NCBI GenBank assembly: GCA_012514745.1
Contig: JAAYZR010000031.1
Span: 1,371-65,370 of the forward strand
Length of the DNA: 64,000 nt
Direction of reading: 5' to 3'
From: Candidatus Undivivens industriae
GTDB lineage: Bacteria > Omnitrophota > Gorgyraeia > Gygaellales > Profunditerraquicolaceae
Below are positions 60,031 through 64,000 of the stretch, one piece after another. The position numbers were made by a program, and so were the translations under genes. Position 1 is the stretch's first letter, and every line of letters starts with the position of its first letter. The notes under the pieces are model-generated. The model was given only the letters and a program-made list of their open reading frames with translations, was not told where the DNA came from and did no database searches.

Positions 60031-61146
60031 GTGCCTGTGCTCGTCAATCTGCAATTCGAACGCCGCCCGCTTTTATTCGATTCCCCCGTTTCTCTTATTA
60101 CCGCATATACTCCGGAAGGACTGCGCGCTTGTTTCCGCGGTATGGAGGAAGCGTCGCGCGCCGGATATCATCTCGCCGGGTTTCTCTCTTACGAGGCGGG
60201 GTATTGTCTCGGGGAAAGTTTTCCTTATTCCGGTAAAAGCGATTTCCCGCTTATCCTGATGGGTGTTTACCGTCCGCCGCGCCGCATGCTCTACCGGGAA
60301 GAAGGCCGTCCCGATTTCTTGGTCAAACACCGGAGAATGGATACCGGGAAGGAAAAATATTCGGCCAATATTTCTCTGATCAGGGATTTCATTTCCGCGG
60401 GAGAGATATACCAGCTTACTTACTGCAATAAACTTTTTTTCGACTTCTCCGGCAGCGCGTCCGCGCTCTACTCCTCTCTTTTGAAAAAACAGCCCGTGCC
60501 TTACCCTGCGTATCTCCGCTGGCAGGATACGCATATCTGTTCGCTCTCTCCGGAGTTGTTCTTCAGAAAAAGCGGAGGTTTCATTCTTGTCAAACCGATG
60601 AAAGGGACCTGGCGTAGAGGCAGGGGGCTCTTGGCTGATCTGCGTGAATACCGCAGGTTCCGCGTCGATCCCAAGAACAGGGCGGAGAACGTGATGATCG
60701 CCGACCTGCTGCGCAATGATCTGGGCAGGATAGGGGGCCGTGTCAGGGCGCCGGGACTGTTCGAGATCGGCGCTTATTCCACGCTTTTCCAGATGACTTC
60801 CACCGTGACCGCCGTGATACCCAAAGAGATCCCTTTTTATGAGATATTCCGCGCGCTTTTTCCCTCCGGCTCGGTGACCGGCGCCCCGAAACTGCGCGCC
60901 ATGCGTATCATCCGTGATATAGAGAACGGGCCGCGTAATATCTACACAGGCGCCATAGGCTGTATCACTCCCGGGAGGGAGATGTTCTTCAACGTCCCCA
61001 TTCGCACCCTGCTTATACGCGGCGGACGTGGCGAGATGGGTATAGGAGGGGGGATAGTCTGGGATTCCACTCCCGAGGGGGAGTGGGAGGAAAGCATGCT
61101 TAAAACGGAGTTCTTTACCGCCGGAGCGTCGGATTTTAAAAAATAA
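60031..61146 (+). CDS. pabB: Aminodeoxychorismate synthase component I-like chorismate-binding enzyme
   Basis: SLSPELFF, PMKGT, AENVMIADLLRNDL, FPSGSVTGAPK and GGGIVWDS motifs. Confidence 0.85.
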   Translation: MPVLVNLQFERRPLLFDSPVSLITAYTPEGLRACFRGMEEASRAGYHLAGFLSYEAGYCLGESFPYSGKSDFPLILMGVYRPPRRMLYREEGRPDFLVKHRRMDTGKEKYSANISLIRDFISAGEIYQLTYCNKLFFDFSGSASALYSSLLKKQPVPYPAYLRWQDTHICSLSPELFFRKSGGFILVKPMKGTWRRGRGLLADLREYRRFRVDPKNRAENVMIADLLRNDLGRIGGRVRAPGLFEIGAYSTLFQMTSTVTAVIPKEIPFYEIFRALFPSGSVTGAPKLRAMRIIRDIENGPRNIYTGAIGCITPGREMFFNVPIRTLLIRGGRGEMGIGGGIVWDSTPEGEWEESMLKTEFFTAGASDFKK

Positions 61147-61231
61147 AGGTTAGATTTCCCTTCTTTCCTTCGTCTATTAATATGGGAGAATACCGAAGTG
61201 ATCCTATCCCGGAAAGACAGAGGAGGGGAAT

Positions 61232-61927
61232 ATGGGAAAAAAGAGAGTTGCTCTGAACGACATGGCGCGCGTACAGCGTCCGAGGGAGAAGCTCGCGCGT
61301 TACGGGCAGGGACGCCTTTCCGACACGGAACTGCTGGCAGTGCTTCTGCGCACCGGCAGTAAAGAGGAGAATGTGCTGGAACTGGCGGGGCGGTTGTTGA
61401 AAGGCGGGGGATTATCGGGGATAGCGCAATTCAATCTTGAGCAGCTGCGGAAGATACCCGGCGTCGGGCAGGTCAAGGCCGGAGGCATACTCGCGGCCCT
61501 GGAAATCGGCAGACGCGTTTTCGGCGGACAAAAGACGGAATTGAAACAGATGCTTTCTCCCGAGGACGTTTTCGAGAGCCTGAAAGATATAAGGGAGAGC
61601 AGGAAAGAGCATTTCGTGGTTTTCTACCTTGATTCCCGCAACCAGCAGATACGCCGGGAAATTGTATCTGTAGGGACCATCAATTCAAGCCTGGTGCATC
61701 CGCGGGAGGTCTTCGAAGGGGCTGTGAAATACCTGGCGGCCAACGTGATAGTGGCGCATAATCATCCCTCCGGGGAACTGAGGGCTTCGGAAAAGGACAT
61801 CGCCGTTACCAGACGCCTGCGCGATTCCGGCATCCTGCTGGGCATAGAACTGCTGGACCATATTATCGTTAGTAAAGGGGGGTACCTGAGTTTGAGAGAG
61901 GCCAATGCCCGCGAGTTTTCGGAATAA
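61232..61927 (+). CDS. radC: RadC family JAB-domain protein
   Basis: RPREKL, LSDTELLA, VHPREVF, AHNHPSG and LLDHII motifs. Confidence 0.95.
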   Translation: MGKKRVALNDMARVQRPREKLARYGQGRLSDTELLAVLLRTGSKEENVLELAGRLLKGGGLSGIAQFNLEQLRKIPGVGQVKAGGILAALEIGRRVFGGQKTELKQMLSPEDVFESLKDIRESRKEHFVVFYLDSRNQQIRREIVSVGTINSSLVHPREVFEGAVKYLAANVIVAHNHPSGELRASEKDIAVTRRLRDSGILLGIELLDHIIVSKGGYLSLREANAREFSE

Positions 61928-62027
61928 TAAGGGGATGATTAGAACTTTCTTATCTTTCCTTTCTTCCTTCTGTATTTCTTGTTTCTCTTTCTGTTCCGCA
62001 GTATAATAATCCCCATTCGGAGGGAAT

Positions 62028-63839
62028 ATGAAAATATTAAAAATAGTTTTGTTGTCTTTGCTCGGTCTTGCGCTGCTGTCGCTCGCGGCCGTTCTCGTGT
62101 TTATCAAAACGTTCGACGGGAACCGTTATAAACCGCAAATCGTCGGCGCGGTCAAAAGCGTCATCGACCGCGACGTGGATTTCGCCCGGGCCGGATTGGA
62201 CATCTCCTGGGACCTGGATATCAGTTTTAAGATCAGCGACCTGGCGGTGTCGGAAAACGGGACTTTCGGAGGAGGGGATTTTCTGCATATCAAGGAGATC
62301 TCCGTTTCATTGGACATCCCGGCGTTTATTTTCAAGAAACAGTTGCTGGTTTCCGCGGTTAACATTATGGGCCCGCGGTTAACAATCATCCGGAATAAGG
62401 ATGGAGCGGTGAACGCTGCCACTCTGCTAAAGCCGCCGCCGCAGAACGCTGGAACGGACGCCGGGGCGGGTATCCCGGCGGCGGGAGCGGCGCTGGCGTT
62501 TCCTTTATCGGTTTCGGCCTTGAATATATACGACGGCACCATAGTTTATCTGGACAAGTCGTTCCAGCCGCCGTTGTCCGTGAGCGTTGAGGGGCTGGAA
62601 TTTAAAGCCTCGGGGGTATCCTTGGACGGGGCTTTCCCTTTTACGGTAAAGGCGGGCGTTTTGAGCGCCAGGAAGAATCTGCGTTTGCAGGGTAAAGCCG
62701 CTCTTGATCCGGCCGGGGGAGAAGTCTGTATCTCGGATACGGAAGGAAGGGTCGATCTTTCCGAACTGGATATGCAAAGGGCAGCCGCGCTTTTGCCCGC
62801 GGACCTGCGGGCATTCCTGCCTGCCGGTTTAAAAGGTAAAGTCGATATAACGCTCTCCAGGATGACGGCCGGCGCTAAAGGTTTGAGCGCTCTGGAGCTG
62901 GAACTCGGCTTAAACGATGGGGAAGCCGGGATCAAAGACCTTGTTCTCCCTCTTGAAAATATCTCCGCCTCGCTCAGCGTCACAGAAACCGATATTAAAC
63001 TCAAAAACCTTTCCGCGGCCGCGGGAGGCGGTAGGATCACCGCTTCCGGAGGGCTCAACGATTACACCGCCGGAGGGGTTTTTAATGTGAATGCCGCTAT
63101 CTCCGGAGTAAAACTGCAGAAATTCCTGGCGCAGGAGAAGATGCCTGTGAAGATGGAGGGAGAGGTAACGGGTAAAATAATTCTCGACGGCAAAGGATTT
63201 TCCCCGGATGAAACGTTATCCGGGCTTTCCGGAGAAGCAGACATAGTAGTGCAGCAGCCGGCGCTGAAGGATATCAACATCCTGCGCGCGGCGCTGGACA
63301 AGATCACGGTATTGCCTTTTCTTACGGAGAGAGTGATCGACGCCATGCCGGACAAGTACCGCGAGAGGTTCAACAGTAAGGACACGATGTTGAAGAAAAT
63401 AGAACTGCCGGTGAAGCTCTCCGGCGGCAAAGCCTCGGCGGAAAATACCCTGGTAGCCGGGGATGATTTCGTTCTCGCCGGCAAGACCGAAGCCGGGATG
63501 GACGGTTCTTTCGCCCTGGAAGGTCAACTGGAGATCTCCGAAGAGCTGTCGGCGCTTATGACCAAGGCGGTAAAAGAACTGGAATATCTTTTTAACAAGG
63601 ATAAACAGATCATTCTTCCGTTGAAGCTTTCCGGCAAAGCCGGTTCAGCGAAAGTGGAGGTTGACCCCGGTTATATAGCCGACAGGCTTCTCTCCGGAGG
63701 GATCGGCACCCAGCTGATCGGCGCCGTAGGTAAAGCCTTGGATAAAGGCGATGTTTCTTCCGGCGCAGACGGGGATAAGAGCGGTTCCGTGACTGACCTG
63801 GTGAACAGCGTGATAGACAGCCTGCTGCAGAAAAAATAA
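62028..63839 (+). CDS. AsmA family protein
   Basis: N-terminal anchor followed by FDGNRYKPQI, beta-rich body and IILPLKLSG near the C-terminus. Confidence 0.8.
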   Translation: MKILKIVLLSLLGLALLSLAAVLVFIKTFDGNRYKPQIVGAVKSVIDRDVDFARAGLDISWDLDISFKISDLAVSENGTFGGGDFLHIKEISVSLDIPAFIFKKQLLVSAVNIMGPRLTIIRNKDGAVNAATLLKPPPQNAGTDAGAGIPAAGAALAFPLSVSALNIYDGTIVYLDKSFQPPLSVSVEGLEFKASGVSLDGAFPFTVKAGVLSARKNLRLQGKAALDPAGGEVCISDTEGRVDLSELDMQRAAALLPADLRAFLPAGLKGKVDITLSRMTAGAKGLSALELELGLNDGEAGIKDLVLPLENISASLSVTETDIKLKNLSAAAGGGRITASGGLNDYTAGGVFNVNAAISGVKLQKFLAQEKMPVKMEGEVTGKIILDGKGFSPDETLSGLSGEADIVVQQPALKDINILRAALDKITVLPFLTERVIDAMPDKYRERFNSKDTMLKKIELPVKLSGGKASAENTLVAGDDFVLAGKTEAGMDGSFALEGQLEISEELSALMTKAVKELEYLFNKDKQIILPLKLSGKAGSAKVEVDPGYIADRLLSGGIGTQLIGAVGKALDKGDVSSGADGDKSGSVTDLVNSVIDSLLQKK

Positions 63840-64000
63840 CGCGCGCTGGGGCCGCAGATATACGTCGGAAAAAGGATTAGACTTTCGGGTTAAGCCGTCA
63901 GGAAAGGGGTCAAAAAGCTGTTTTGAAGATGTAGTGTATCTGGTTTTCGTCGAATTTCGGCTTGCCTTTTATTTTGTAAACGTGCACGCTGGCCTTTTCG

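Overview
A 64-kb window of bacterial chromosome from an anaerobe, tentatively Ca. Omnitrophota. That assignment is an inference from a TYYPSP-motif secreted protein, a 7TM histidine kinase, the short pyruvate kinase and the palindromic repeat families. There are about 60 CDS, mostly on the + strand. They cover stress genes (hemerythrin, cupin, DUF488, Fe-SOD), pyk, nfnAB-gdhA, aqpZ, amt-glnK, a short Rho, recN, nrdDG, a glycerol operon, dinB, GH1, cspA, pabB, radC and AsmA. No rRNA, tRNA, CRISPR or transposase gene was seen. The main candidates for novelty are: (1) a minus-strand cassette fadL / PilZ-fused PhcB-like methyltransferase / GMC oxidoreductase / 7TM-GAF histidine kinase / receivers, which looks like a lipid-signal quorum-sensing system, with two genes apparently starting at ATC; (2) an S26 peptidase fused in frame to a Zn-dependent phospholipase C, with a plausible cleavage site just before the Zn-binding N-terminal Trp, heading a lysophospholipase-glpK-G3P dehydrogenase operon; (3) tandem cobalamin riboswitches of two architectures before nrdD; (4) an ANTAR dual-hairpin attenuator before amt; (5) a non-coding IS605-type mini-element with structured tandem repeats, plus two dispersed palindrome families. 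All calls come from reading the sequence; no searches were run.
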